DNA of 63,033 bases, the filler included, from Folioceros fuciformis (taxonomy: Eukaryota), in assembly GCA_049999805.1 (NCBI GenBank). It is 17 parts of 17 records of this genome, joined end to end, with 100 filler letters (N's around TTAATTAATTAA, not from the genome) between each part and the next. Parts side by side here need not be neighbours in the genome. Positions count along the whole stretch, not along the records: positions 30,662 to 36,918 come from JBNGIO010003750.1; positions 37,019 to 38,172 come from JBNGIO010003752.1; positions 38,273 to 40,355 come from JBNGIO010003753.1; positions 40,456 to 44,317 come from JBNGIO010003754.1; positions 44,418 to 47,490 come from JBNGIO010003755.1; positions 47,591 to 53,080 come from JBNGIO010003756.1; 11 more parts are not named here. One strand, 5' to 3'. Positions 35,833 through 48,740 of this stretch are shown piece by piece (positions within the stretch are counted from its first letter, which is position 1; each line of letters starts with the position of its first letter). A program made the position numbers and the translations under genes. The notes under the pieces were generated by a model. That model saw only the letters and a program-made list of their open reading frames with translations, did not search any database and had not been told where the DNA came from.

Positions 35833-37018
35833 CAAGTTTGATTACTAAGTTCATCATACATTATGATGTGAATCTAAATGTTCTTCTAATATGCAACGTC
35901 TTTCTTATGCCTTTGGTATTTGTAATATGAAACTATTTTATACGTATTGATAGTTTCTCTATATTCAACCAAACATGTTTTTTCTAATAAAATAGTTTGG
36001 CTTCTTCTATGATTAACTTTTATATTCATTAAAGTTTCATGTCTAATTACCACTCTCATTTTTCAATCTTATTCTTCCAACGCTTCTAGCACTCTTATCA
36101 TTCTCTCTTGCTCAAAACTTTGTTTCTTTTATCATTTCATTCAAAGTTATAACATGGCAAGAAGACACAATTACAAGAGTAATCAAGCTAAGAGAAGCGG
36201 AGAACTAGATAGAAGGAAAAGTAGACGAAGTGTGCACCCTCGACGATCCTACTATCATAACAAGCTGAATTCTTCTTTGTTTTATACCCTAGGGAGTAAG
36301 ATAGTCTATGTGCTATCCCGTTTCTTCCTAGAAAACGACTTTGTGTCATCTTTCACAAGAGGAGTTTCAAGCAATCTAAGAATTCATCGTCACAACATTC
36401 TAACCAGTCGGATCATCATCATACTATATCATCTGCTAAGAAATGTGATTATGCTGAAGGACAAACCAAATCATCTTCATCACCAGTTCCTCAACAAAAT
36501 TCTCAATAGATCCAGCAAGTCAATCGTTCTCATTCCTCACATCTGCTACAACACAAAAAGCTTGCTATCAGAAGAAAGCTTATCATGTCTCAACACAAGA
36601 GATTCCACCAGGTAGGGCGCCCTACCATGGCGCTCCTTTTGATCCCCTAAAGTCCATATTTGGCACAGGCTCCGATTTCAGTACACAATGTCGGAGCATC
36701 AAGAAATTTTGAGGAGGTGCGGTATGGCGCTGGAGCATGTGCCGGCTGTGAGACTTGGCCAGTGTGGACGCCCGTGCTGGGCGCCTCTACCCTCAGAAGC
36801 ACGCCTCCTTCAGCCTTCAATCAGCCCAAGATTTTGAAGGATTTGACGCTGGAGGTTTTTGGTCGTTCAGTGGTGGTTCTGGACAGCGCCGGCTCAGATC
36901 TCTTACCAGCATGGTCGCNNNNNNNNNNNNNNNNNNNNNNNNNNNNNNNNNNNNNNNNNNNNTTAATTAATTAANNNNNNNNNNNNNNNNNNNNNNNNNN
37001 NNNNNNNNNNNNNNNNNN

Positions 37019-38172
37019 CACCTGCTTTCTTTTCCTCTTAGTTCAGGGCCTTCCCCAGCACCTTGGGGTTAGTCTTCCATGGCCGAGGAACCATTTCGGC
37101 TGGGAGCTGATCCCGCTAAATAAGCTACCGTTTTCAGGCCAGGTTCCGGCTGCTAATCCCACTCCTTCCCACCTCTTCTCTATCTTTCCCATTGCTCATG
37201 CTCCTTCCCTAGAGGCTGGCTCAACCACCAAGGGTGAACAGTTGCAGGGGAAGACTTAGCGGGCGACCATCNNNNNNNNNNNNNNNNNNNNNNNNNNNNN
37301 NNNNNNNNNNNNNNNNNNNNNNNNNNNNNNNNNNNNNNNNNNNNNNNNNNNNNNNNNNNNNNNNNNNNNNNAATAAGTGGCTGGTGACAGCCGGCTAGGC
37401 TATTAAAATAATATTTCTCAAGTTAGAGAGAGGTGAAGTCAGAGAGAGAGAGAGGCTCCTATAAGATCAGGTGAGCCTGTAGGAGGAGGGAGTCATTCAC
37501 TTTGGGAGTCAGTCTATCTCTTTGTGAGCTCTTGGAGGTCCTCTCTTCATGAGCTCTTGTGGTCTGTCCCTGCTTGGTTTTTAGGACCTGCAGTGTGTTG
37601 TTGGCTGTGCAACGTCTGGTAGGATCGCAAGCCGCGTGTTGCCGGCTGTACAGTGTCTGGTAGGATCACAAGGTGTAATGACCAGGGTGAAGGGGCTTGC
37701 CCCTAGCTCTTGATTGTAAAGGATGTGTCTTTCTCTCGACCTGTCCACTCTTGTTCCCTGCTTGGTCAAGTGTTGTAGGCCGGCCATGTCTCATGGCGTC
37801 TGGTAAGGTTGTGGGGAGGAGATACCCAAGAGGGGAGTGTGTTCCCTTCGTCCTTTTGTTTGGAGTTAGTCTAGTGACTCTTACCGGGTAGGAGGAGTCA
37901 GTAGGGAAGTGTAGAAGGTAGTGGTGTCGTTGCTGGTTGCTGGTAGTTGCTTGTGTTGGTGCTGGAGTGAGAGAGTGAGTGAGGTGTGTGAAGGAAGACG
38001 CAGATCTGAGAGGTTAGAGTCGTTGTAGTGACTGGAGTGAGTTTGTGGGCACCGAGAGAGGTGCAGCTGACCGCCGGACAGCGAGGCCTGTCCTACGCCT
38101 GATCGGAGCTGGAGGGGAGCCCTCGAATCCATCATCGAGTCGATCAAGTCCGACCCTCCATCCACAGCAGCA
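37019..38172 (-). mobile_element. Family A LTR-like repeat, internal part
   Basis: Reverse-complement match to 5500-6430 and to the other copies. Confidence 0.9.
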
Positions 38173-39792
38173 NNNNNNNNNNNNNNNNNNNNNNNNNNNN
38201 NNNNNNNNNNNNNNNNTTAATTAATTAANNNNNNNNNNNNNNNNNNNNNNNNNNNNNNNNNNNNNNNNNNNNGGTCCACTATCATTGAATGTTAGAAATG
38301 GGTGACAAATGATAGTACATTCCATTCCAACTCTACAACATATCCATTAATAAACATGATCATGGTTAGGATTCACATTATTGATCCATAAACAAGATCT
38401 TCCATGAAATGGAGACAACTCTTAATCTCCAACTTCTTAGAGGAAAAAACCCCCCCTTTTATTTCCACAAATGAGCAAATTTCATGTATCAAGATGTGAA
38501 TTTCACATGATGTGCTAGANNNNNNNNNNNNNNNNNNNNNNNNNNNNNNNNNNNNNNNNNNNNNNNNNNNNNNNNNNNNNNNNNNNNNNNNNNNNNNNNN
38601 NNNNNNNNNNNNNNNNNNNAGTTAGGCCTACTTTCTCTTAAAACAATAAAAGAAGAATAGCATGGAATTATTTAATTTTACTTATTTAATACTATCTGAC
38701 TTAAGTTAATATTATTACCAAGCCAATGACCACACCTAAATTCAAACCTTCTTGACCCTATGGTCCGGTACTAAACCTAAACTTTTCCAGGTATGGGACC
38801 AAACTTGTACCCTCTCTAATAACCAAACCAATTATTTATTGGTCAATTAACCTAATTAGCGCAAGAAAAAAATAGAAAAATGACCAGAAAATAAATGAAA
38901 ATTAGGGAAACTAAGTAGAAAAAGAAAACCAAACCAAGCCACTATTAACCCTTTTTTAACCAAAACAAACCACTACCCCAAACTTTGGAGGTTCACATGA
39001 AGATTCTTTTCCTACATCATGAAGACATTATTAACTTATATACTTAACAAAACAAATGTATGGGGCTTATGGTAGCATGTGTTGGTCTATTGGTGCACTT
39101 TGATCTCAATATCAGGTAAACCGATCTATTGGTGCAATTTGATATAAGTGTGGAGTGCGTAGATCTATCAGTGCACTTTTATCTTAATGTGGAATGCTAG
39201 TCTACCTATGCAATTTGGTTAGGCATTGACTTAAGCTTGAAGCTAGAGTCAGAACTGAAGTAGCATTTAGGGTTAGGTGACGACAAATGGTGGGACTCAT
39301 TTTGGGCAGAACAAGAATCTCTCATTAAAGCCTAAAGAATCCATTAGACAAGGTTATGCAAACAGCATGGCAATAGCATAATAAAGATTGGGGAAAGTCA
39401 TTGCATCGCCCTTTTTTCCTCCAAAAATTGAAATTGCACTCAACCCTAGGATGAGGGAGGTAGCTAGACTAGACCTATAAATTCGTTCTTAGGAGTGACA
39501 CTACCAGACAAGAGGCTAAAAAAAACAAATTGTGATGTATTAGAAATGTAGGGGGGCCACATAATTGTTGTCCCATGTGAGACGAATATGAGTAGCAAGT
39601 CGTTTTGGCTTGCCAAGGTGTTATACATTGACCTCAATTGTGAGAGGCCACACATACATGTCCATTGGTGGGTGACAGTGTTTAGATGCCTTTAAAGGTT
39701 GGTATGTGGAAGAAATGATCTTGCCAAAAAAAGAACCCCCCACAAGCATCCAGAGGAGGTTGTCAACATCGAGAAATCTAGAGGTTAAGGAA

Positions 39793-40354
39793 TGTGGAGG
39801 CAAAACCCCGGGCACTGATTGCCAACGGGTTCCACCTTTAGTGGCCACACTCATCCCACTGTCGTTGAGACATTGGGTTTCGTTCCCACGAAGGAGCGAT
39901 GGGGTTCCTTGCTGCTGTGGATGGAGGGTCGGACTTGATCAACTCGATGATGGATTCGAGGGCTCCCCTCCAGCTCCGATCAGGCGTAGAACAGGCCTCG
40001 CTGTCCAGCGGTCAGCTGCACCTCTCTCGGTGCCCACAAACTCACTCCAGTCACTACAACGACCCTAACCTCTTAGATCTGCGACTTCCCTCACACACTT
40101 GACTCACTCTTTCACTCAAGCACTAGCATCAGCAACTAACAATGACACCACTACCTTCTACACTTCCCTACTGACTCCTCCTACCCGGCAAGAGTCACTA
40201 GAATAGCCCCAAACAAAAGGAAGAAGGGAACACACTCCCCTCTTGGATATCACCCCCCCTACAACCTTACCAGACGCCATGAAACATGGCCGGCCTACAG
40301 CACTTAAGCAAGCAAGGAACAAGAGTGGACAGGTCAAGAGAAAGACACATCCTT
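39793..40354 (+). mobile_element. Family A LTR-like repeat, start
   Basis: TGTGGAGGCAAAACCCCGGGCACTG... Confidence 0.9.
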
Positions 40355-41889
40355 TNNNNNNNNNNNNNNNNNNNNNNNNNNNNNNNNNNNNNNNNNNNNT
40401 TAATTAATTAANNNNNNNNNNNNNNNNNNNNNNNNNNNNNNNNNNNNNNNNNNNNCGTCGCTGGCTGGTCCAGGCCCATCCGAGCTGGGACCAGCCTCGG
40501 TCACCGTCGTATCCGACGAAAGCGGTGGCTCCTCGGCAGCAGTCCCCGCAACGAAGGGCACAATACTCCAACATTCCGACGCCGCTGGACTGGGCGAGCT
40601 ACGGCCATGAGCAGCAATTGCCGTCCCCGACGGAGGAACAAGCGCCGTATCCTCCTCCCCCTCGTGTATGCACTTCTTGACAGAAGAAGGCAGGGGCGCG
40701 GGCTGGCCGGGAAGCTGCATCCTGTCTTGCTTCCTCTTCAGTTCGATGTGCAGGCCATGGCAGCCAGCAAGGGTTTGTAAAGCGGCTCCCGGGGGCACAG
40801 CAGGCAGGTTGCCGTCGTCGTCTGACTCATCGAGAACTATCGGCATTTCCGCCGTCCCCCGGCCGCCGCGCACCATCGTGGTACCCCCTGCACGGGAACC
40901 AATTGTGCTCAACCCGCGCAAGAAACAGTCCACCCGGCTTGCGGAATGCTCCGCGCTGCCGCACCACCAGACATTTGCTTCCCCCGCCAGGCAATTTTCC
41001 CGCTGCCCACAGAAGCTATGGGCTAAAATCAGCCCTGCAACGCACCCAGCGCAACCCAGCGCGGGGAGTCACATTGCAGGCTGTCCCAGGACGGCCATGG
41101 AAACGCTACAATCCTTGCAAGCGGAGGCGGGAAGGAACGGCGTGCTTAAGCCAGACGGTCGCGGAAATGGTGGTCCATAGACNNNNNNNNNNNNNNNNNN
41201 NNNNNNNNNNNNNNNNNNNNNNNNNNNNNNNNNNNNNNNNNNNNNNNNNNNNNNNNNNNNNNNNNNNNNNNNNNNNNNNNNNAAACGTCTCGCAGCAGCG
41301 ATCATCCAATCATGATGATACTTACAGCACAGGCAACCCCGTAACGGCGGACGACGTATGTACTAAACACACGACTGCAAAGTGCACGCTGTAAGAATTG
41401 GTATACTATTTTGTAAGGGTCATGCTGCTGGAGGGAAACCTTCCCAGATCATTTGAATGTGCTTTTCATGGGATGTCTGCCTCAACTATCTTTGTTTGCC
41501 AACCTTCATTTGTTCTAGCTATGCCAAACTTCATTTGTTCTAGCTATGCCAAACTTCACCATTGTCCAGATCAAACCCACACCACAATGTTGTGGTTATA
41601 TCACAAGAATGCATTTGCTAAGCTAAGCTAAGCTAAGCTTCTATGTGCGCTGACAGGATATGATATGGACATGAAGAGATAGGTAATGAAGCATAATCTA
41701 AGAAGGAGAACCTTGCTGGTGCCGTGCCCCTGGGTCGTAGGGGAGTCGTGATAGCAAGAAATGGCAATGCTTGTATTAGCAGCAACAAGTGCAGCAATGG
41801 ATCACAACATGTAGAACACAACAGCTTCTAAGACTCTTCATGCTCGGCCGCTGTGCCAGACACATCAGTGGTCTTGCTCGAAAGCACAT

Positions 41890-42068
41890 CTTTCAAAGCT
41901 GCCTATGAGGAACCTTGAAATGTCTGTCCATGACTCCAGGATGGGAAACAGATTGCCCACAGAGGCACGGGCAGGAAAGTTTTCACAGCTGCCTATCAGG
42001 AACCTTGAAATGTCTGTCCATGACTCCAGGATGGGAAACAGATTGTCCATAGAGGCACGGGCAGGAAC
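41890..42068. repeat. 90-bp tandem duplication downstream of the CASP-like gene
   Basis: AGCTGCCTAT(G/C)AGGAACCTTGAAATGTCTGTCCATGACTCCAGG...GGCAGGAA occurs twice at a 90-bp period. Confidence 0.92.
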
Positions 42069-42413
42069 GTTTCCATGCCGCGTCTACGCCTAATGCAGGA
42101 AATAATTCTCGCCGCCATTCCTATTGCTTGAATATTGCTACCACGCAAAGCCCCAACTATCCCAAGGTGAGGTCAAGGATGTTTATAGTAGGTACAATCA
42201 GTAAGGAGAAGAGTAATATTCGAGGCTGAGTTTGGCTACAACTGCGTGACAGTGCTGCAGTTTCGCACGTCTCAGGGAGGGAGATACCTAGCATCTGTGG
42301 CCAATTCTGAACAGAACAGACGTCCATCTTCACCCGCAGGACGTGCAAGCGAATTCCTGTGGGTAGACGGGTGTACAAATCGCTTTGGCAGGTGGAAGTG
42401 AAGTCTTCCACAG

Positions 42414-43340
42414 CTAGGAGCGGTTCGAGGCGATTCTTTGCGAAGATGTAAACGCTAAGGCCGCCAGAGGAAGAAACAGGATGAAGACCAAAGCGGAACC
42501 CGCTTCCATTTTCTTGCACAATAGATCGATGCTGAAGTCCTTGCAGATTTTGGTGTCAGTGACATGGTCGCCACTCCTGTATATCGAGATCAGTGTGGCT
42601 GTGGAGACGCCCGCTACTAAGACGAGGTAGGCTAGTATCTGCGCGCCAGGAGTGGAGAACGAGGTTAGACAATCCCAAACCCATTTTGTTTCAATCCAGG
42701 CGCTGCAAGGTGTGGATCGCAGAGTCTGGGGCACCCCACCTGGTCGGCAACGAATGTGCACAAGATGCTGGCGGCATTGGCCGTGGCGTTGTACGCGACG
42801 AAAATGACAACGGTATACACGAGCTCGAACACCAGCACGATGACGGAGGCGGCGAGCATTAATCTTGGGTGCGCAAAGCAACCAATCCAGAGAGGTCAGA
42901 TCAGGCCAGGAGCGGCGCTTGCAGACGACAACAAACTGTACTCCAGGCAGAGACGAGCATGAACGAAGAGAAACCGAAGGAGAAGAGAAAGCTTTGTTGG
43001 GAGGAGCAGTCTGACACACTGCTGTTGCTCACTTGAGGGGCGGAAGGCGGAGGCCGTTTGCAAAGAACATGTAGTCTCCGTTGTCAGTGGTCAACGTAAC
43101 TGTTTCCTTGGATGTAGCCCCTATAGCCAGGCAGATGAGGGCCAGCACCGCAGCGATGGCCCTCAGCGTCACTTCTAGTACGCGTGAGCCACGCCGAGCG
43201 CCGTGTGGCGAGGTCATGCCATCAAAGCCCGGAGGAAGCGGCCCGGTGCTCATCCCTTGTCCCCCTCCGACTCCATAGCCCGCTCCGCCGGCATACCCTG
43301 TCGATGCGCCGCCCGGAAGCCCCGCCGTCCCGGTTCCCAT
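42414..43340 (-). CDS. CASP-like (CASPL) four-TM protein, 3 exons 43340-43033, 42863-42740 and 42638-42414, 218 aa
   Basis: LEVTLRAIAAVLALICL (TM1 Arg), FVADQ|ILAYL (TM3 Asp) and IC...LC in loop 2. GT-AG introns give a continuous frame. Gly-rich N-terminus. Confidence 0.85.
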
Positions 43341-44578
43341 CCTCCGCACCGACGGGCCTCTTCAACTCAGCTCAACACTATCCTGACCCACTGTAGCTCT
43401 AAGCCTTTCTTCCCGCTTCCCTCACCTGCCTCGCACGCTGCGGCTTGCCCCAGACCAGGATGAGACAGTCCGAAAGCTACGAGACAAAGCGGAGTTGTAG
43501 GAGGGGACGGAGAAGGAGAGAGGCCGAGAGCTGGCCTAAGTGAGGACATGGGTGAGCACTGTCTTGTGAGAACTCCGTGGCACTTATTTCTACCGCGCAT
43601 TGTTCTGGCTATCTTCCCCGCACTTTCCAGCATCGCTGAACTTGTCAGCCCGCAATGCGGATGCTGATACCACGAGCTATCCTTTGGTTCGAAGGATACG
43701 CTTCCGCGGCCGCCGTCGCCTCCTCCAATCACAGTGGTGGGATGATGCTAGCTTGACAAATGCATCTGGGAGGTCTCACCATCATGCACCTTGGAGGTCT
43801 GGCGTGCTCCTCCAGCAGACGTGAGCTCCCCCGCGGCGGGCCCACAGTTCAAACATCCTGCTGCTGCGCGGCCCACAGTGCCAACATCTTGCTGCACCGA
43901 TGTTTGGTGCAGGCAGCTTTACAAAAGAAGTGTAAAGTATATATCCATTGTGATTCATTGGACGACGAGAGCGGGCGACGAGGAGCTTTTCAAAGTCAAG
44001 TGCACACACGTACTCGTGAGCGTACGGCGTCTCGACGAATTCGAACCGTGGTTACCGCGCTGCCAGCGTTTCAGGCTAGCCAGGAGTCCACGGATCCGCA
44101 CTAAAACTCAGTGTGAAATGAGATTGGAAAGATGCCCTTCCCGCGCCGGCGCGCCGGGAATGGGTGTGGACGTCGCTGTCTGCAGGGCCAGAAACTGCGC
44201 GGCTGGAAGCGCCTTGCTCGGTTCCGGCTGCAGTGCTTCCGCGAAGGAGCGCCGCTGCAGGGTTCGGCTGTCGGCGACGCCAGGGCCGTGGCGGGGGCAT
44301 GGGGAGGTGCGGGTAGGNNNNNNNNNNNNNNNNNNNNNNNNNNNNNNNNNNNNNNNNNNNNTTAATTAATTAANNNNNNNNNNNNNNNNNNNNNNNNNNN
44401 NNNNNNNNNNNNNNNNNCCTAATCATGCTGAGCGGATCCGAGTGGGCGGCCTGGCAATGAATCTAAGCGGGCAGGCGAATTGAAACAGGGACCTTCTGGC
44501 AGGTGACCCAGCGTTAGCAGCGCAGGCAGCTTGGTCGGCTGCGGGCAGATTGGTGGCTGATCAACTAGCGAGTCGAAT

Positions 44579-44815
44579 TCTAACAAGTTTGAACTTATTC
44601 ATTTTTCCCTGAAGCGTAAGGAATCAACAAAGGAATATACTCTTTCCTTACCTGATGGTTCCCTTATCACTCCCTCCGAGTGTATTAGGTTTTTGGGCTT
44701 CTATTTGGATTTCAATTTAACTTGGAACACGCATGTTCATCAGGTTTCGGCTTCCGCAATGCGTACTTCGTTAGCTATAATCTCTCTTGAGAATTCAATT
44801 TGGGGCCTCAATACT
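44579..44815 (+). mobile_element. Non-LTR retrotransposon RT C-terminal fragment (I/Tad1-group-like)
   Basis: Manual translation: SNKFELIHFSLKRKE...ITPSECIRFLGFYLDFNLTWNTHV...LENSIWGL. Confidence 0.65.
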
Positions 44816-44963
44816 GGAGTGGAGGGAGAGTTTTCTCCTTCCCTTATTCCCTGAACCATCAGCTNNNNNNNNNNNNNNNNNNNNNNNNNNNNNNNNNNNN
44901 NNNNNNNNNNNNNNNNNNNNNNNNNNNNNNNNNNNNNNNNNNNNNNNNNNNNNNNNNNNNNNN

Positions 44964-45903
44964 NGTGGAAGGTCGATGGAGTTGCTGAAAGATTGCTGGA
45001 GAGCTGGGGAACATTGTTGGAGAATGGAAGAGAAAACGGTTGAGAAGATTGCTGGAGAATGGAGGAAGAATGCTGAAGATTGGATACGAAATCTGGAGAG
45101 TTTCTATGAGATTCCAGAGTGTTTGTGAGTGGTTGTGGGAGATTGTTGAAGCTCATGAGGGATTGTGGGAGATTGCTAAAGAATCGATGGAGATTGGTGG
45201 ACATTGCTAGAGATTGAGACCCTTGGGGGCAGGCCTGTGAAAACAATTGTGAACCATAGCTCTTGTGTGTGTTTTGTGTGTGTGGAATGTTGCATGAGTG
45301 TGTGGGGAGGTGTGGCTGATTCGCAAGGTTTTGTTCCCCAAGGATAAGCCCTTGCATGTGTGTGGGGCATTCAATAAGCCCAGATTTGTGAGTCTGGAAG
45401 GCCTGGGCAAAAACCTGTAGGTGGAAACCCGCGGCGGCGCATGTGCCGGAATAATTAGTTAGGGTTTTGAGGTGGGTCCCATCACGGTAGTGGAAAGACA
45501 ACGAAGGCAGTAGAATCTACTACCGGTAGTTGAAAGACGACGAATGTAGTGGAATCCACTACCGGTAGTTGAGACCCTATCTCGGTAGTTGAAGGGTCTA
45601 TAGTTGTAGGGACCCCCATCCCGGTAGCTGAGTAGGTCCGTCAGGTAGTCCAGGGTTGAGGTAGCTGAGTTGCGACGGAGGTAGCCAAGTCGCGATGGAG
45701 GTAGGAGTAGTTGAACCAGCAGGTAGTGGAGCTGGGGTAGTTAAAGTCTGACCTAGGTAGAAGTTGACTTTTAGAAGAAACCTGTGTTACTTGGCACAAA
45801 TCATTGCCTTGGGATCGAATCCCAGTGCTAAAACGACAAAGAGGGTTTGTGTGGACCTCGCAGCACCCTTGGGTGCGATATTTTCCCCCACAGTTTCCCC
45901 CGC
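44964..45903 (-). mobile_element. LTR of a family related to family A, preceded by a PPT-like tract
   Basis: Minus strand reads GCGGGGGAAAC|TGTGGGGGAAAATATCGCACCCAAGG (LTR start 45892), similar to the 59819 copy. Far end undefined. Confidence 0.55.
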
Positions 45904-47715
45904 ACAAAGTGCCACAACGTCCTGGCAAACTCTCGGATAGTTGCCATAGGATGGATGCCCTAGGAAAACTAGAAAATTCCCAACTCTCACTGCTCCCTCA
46001 GGTCGCCTGCTGGCAGACGTTGCCGGCTTCAAGGAATTGCCCTGGTGCCATGAGGAGATAGGAAGGGGTTCTACGGGAGGACACCGAGATGAGGAGCGTG
46101 AGAACAGAAGCGCATCAGAGCAAGCGGGTGTGTCATCAAGGAAGAGCAAGGAGCAAAGATAAGGGAGGCGGGAAGTTGGAGGAGAGGTAGTGCATCGGAA
46201 TGAGAGACAGATGGAGTGGTGGGAGGGAGAGGGAAGGTGGTGGAGCGTAAGGGCTGGCGTATGCTAGCATAAGAATTTACGCTCCCATCGTGGGTACGGC
46301 TACAACCATTCGGAAACGGTTATGCTCGCCTTTCTTCATGATGACGAGAGTGCCAAATTCGGGTCGATAGTGGCGTGTGTCAATGTGTTGGCCCATGGTC
46401 CCCATAGGTTTGGCATGTCTTCTACTCCAAGGAACTAAGGTTTACCGAAATACTGTTATTATCCTAAGAAAACAAATATCTTGCCCACTCCGATAACGAG
46501 TCTGATGGACCACCGGAGGACTACTCCACTGATTATTTTTGGGGTTGACGGCTGCAATTTTAGATAGCTTATGCCTTGTGAATCCGGTCTAGAATTGTCT
46601 GTAGCTGCTGTGTCTCTCATTTGAGTGCAAAAATAAAGACATTTTTTGCTACAAAATCCATTAGACTCCAAACAATAGTTGCTTCTATGATGGCCTTCAT
46701 CACAACCCTTTCACAATTGGGCCCGTTTAAGCCTCACCCTTTGACGTACCAACGGCTTCTATAGCTCGGGCCACCTTTTGACAGACCCAACCTAGTATCA
46801 GCATCTACAGTCGCATTTTTGTCCCCCTTCTTGTATATGGGCCACAAGAACTAGGCTATGTTGCAAATCAGGTGAAACTTCATTTGAAGAAAACACACAC
46901 GTGTGTAAACCTTTATAAGATATGGGTGGTGTGGTGAACATGCTTGTGCATACATAGAAGTGTTGATTCGAGGTCTACACCCCTGCCACGGTGCATCCCT
47001 ACGACATTGTAGCAAAAGAGACAGTTTATATTATTTTACGATTAATATGGTGCAACATTAGCCACTACATGAACGTCACCTCGATATGATCACAGCCCTT
47101 GTGCTATATTGCAACATGCCCTACAAAACCTTTTTCTCTCAAAGCAAATCCCATCATCAATGAGTAACATTGCTTTGCAAATGCATTGCACACTAGCCAA
47201 TGGCGCACTACCCAGGTGAGCAAATGGGGCACGATGCAAGGATTCTACACACGACATCAAAACCTAGTGAGCCTTATCCTCAAGGTACACTAGAAATTCT
47301 TTTACACACTTAAGAGAGCTACATAGGAACTTGCCAAATGAAACTTGAACACTAATGCAGTGTAAATGCGAAGCGTGTGGAACAAGAGTGACAAAACGTG
47401 CATAAACCTCCTGGGTTATTTGGGTTCCCCAAACCCTAAACACCCACTCGATGCTAGTGATGCGCCCCCTCCTCGACCCCGGTGATGTGCNNNNNNNNNN
47501 NNNNNNNNNNNNNNNNNNNNNNNNNNNNNNNNNNTTAATTAATTAANNNNNNNNNNNNNNNNNNNNNNNNNNNNNNNNNNNNNNNNNNNNCCTATGTTCG
47601 TCACTGTGGAGAGCTGTCCGCTGCAGGCCCTTCCCCGAAGAGGTCCGTGCACCACAGAGGCCATGCTTTCAGAATTGTGCATGTTTCATCTATAAGAAGC
47701 TAAATGGGTTCCACA

Positions 47716-48134
47716 GTATGGAATACCGATGCGGATTTTTAATACGTATTTTATATGTGAATATTCTGTAGCATCTCGGAAATATTCCTATACTATACCT
47801 TGCCACATGAACTCGACGTACACACCGTATACCAAATTGTTTTAAGTATGTCTAACCACTTTGTATCCCGAAAGGGACATAGTCTTTAAAGTTAACAACA
47901 GTTGGCGGCCGGCAACTCCGCAAGTAGAGCGGCCGGCCAGCTGCTGCAGGGCTCGCCCGCCCAAGCTGGATGCAGCAGCCGGGCTCCGCAAGTACTTGCG
48001 GCGGCGAGCTGCTGCAGAGCTCGACCGGGGCGAGACTGAAGGGGGTACAAATGTTATGTCCCTTATTTTTTCACCGTATACCGTCGCTCTAATATTTCTA
48101 TGAAAGAACCCTTGTCCGTATCGGTATTTCATAC
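47716..48134. mobile_element. MITE-like element with 20-bp terminal inverted repeats
   Basis: GTATGGAATACCGATGCGGA vs TCCGTATCGGTATTTCATAC (18/20 complementary). A related end occurs at ~21935-22081 (minus). Confidence 0.6.
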
Positions 48135-48740
48135 CAAAGCAGCGTGTTTGGTACACTTCATGGTTTCTTCTTCATGGTCTTAGCCCCCGCAACTCACGCT
48201 CTCGTTTCCTCTGAATTAGACCATGAGCCTGTGTATCGCATGCCAAAGGGGACGCATCCTCTCTCTCTAAGTTGTTTTACAAACACAAGGAGTACGCTTT
48301 CCCTTTGGCGCGTACGCAAGGGTTTACACGTCCCTTTTGGCGCGTACGCANNNNNNNNNNNNNNNNNNNNNNNNNNNNNNNNNNNNNNNNNNNNNNNNNN
48401 NNNNNNNNNNNNNNNNNNNNNNNNNNNNNNNNNNNNNNNNNNNNNNNNNNGCATACACGAGTTTTAGAGCCAAAACCAAACACGACATGCTTCCACTTTG
48501 CAAGCAAACCTTGCTCAAGCACGGGCGCACCCCACCCATGGGTACAGGCGGTGTTCGGGCTTTCTGCTCTAAGACCGCCCGGCATCCAGCCCAAAACGGG
48601 CTGTAACCTGGTTCAAATCATTGAGCCATGTCCCCTTTGTTGCAGAGTCTGGTTTGGTTAGTTTACTAAAATGGATACGAAAAATATAGGCATCAAAAGG
48701 GAATATTCGGGTAGATACACCATGGGAAAGCATTAAAAAA

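Noticed and set aside
36154-36615. 153-aa ORF downstream of the PBS
   Set aside because: No gag motifs; looks like AT-rich retroelement leader.
40456-41182. GC-rich ORFs on both strands
   Set aside because: Possibly genic but no recognisable motif or consistent splice model; cannot support a call.
43367-44317. Several ORFs upstream of the CASP-like gene
   Set aside because: Overlapping frames in a GC-rich promoter-side region with no recognisable product.
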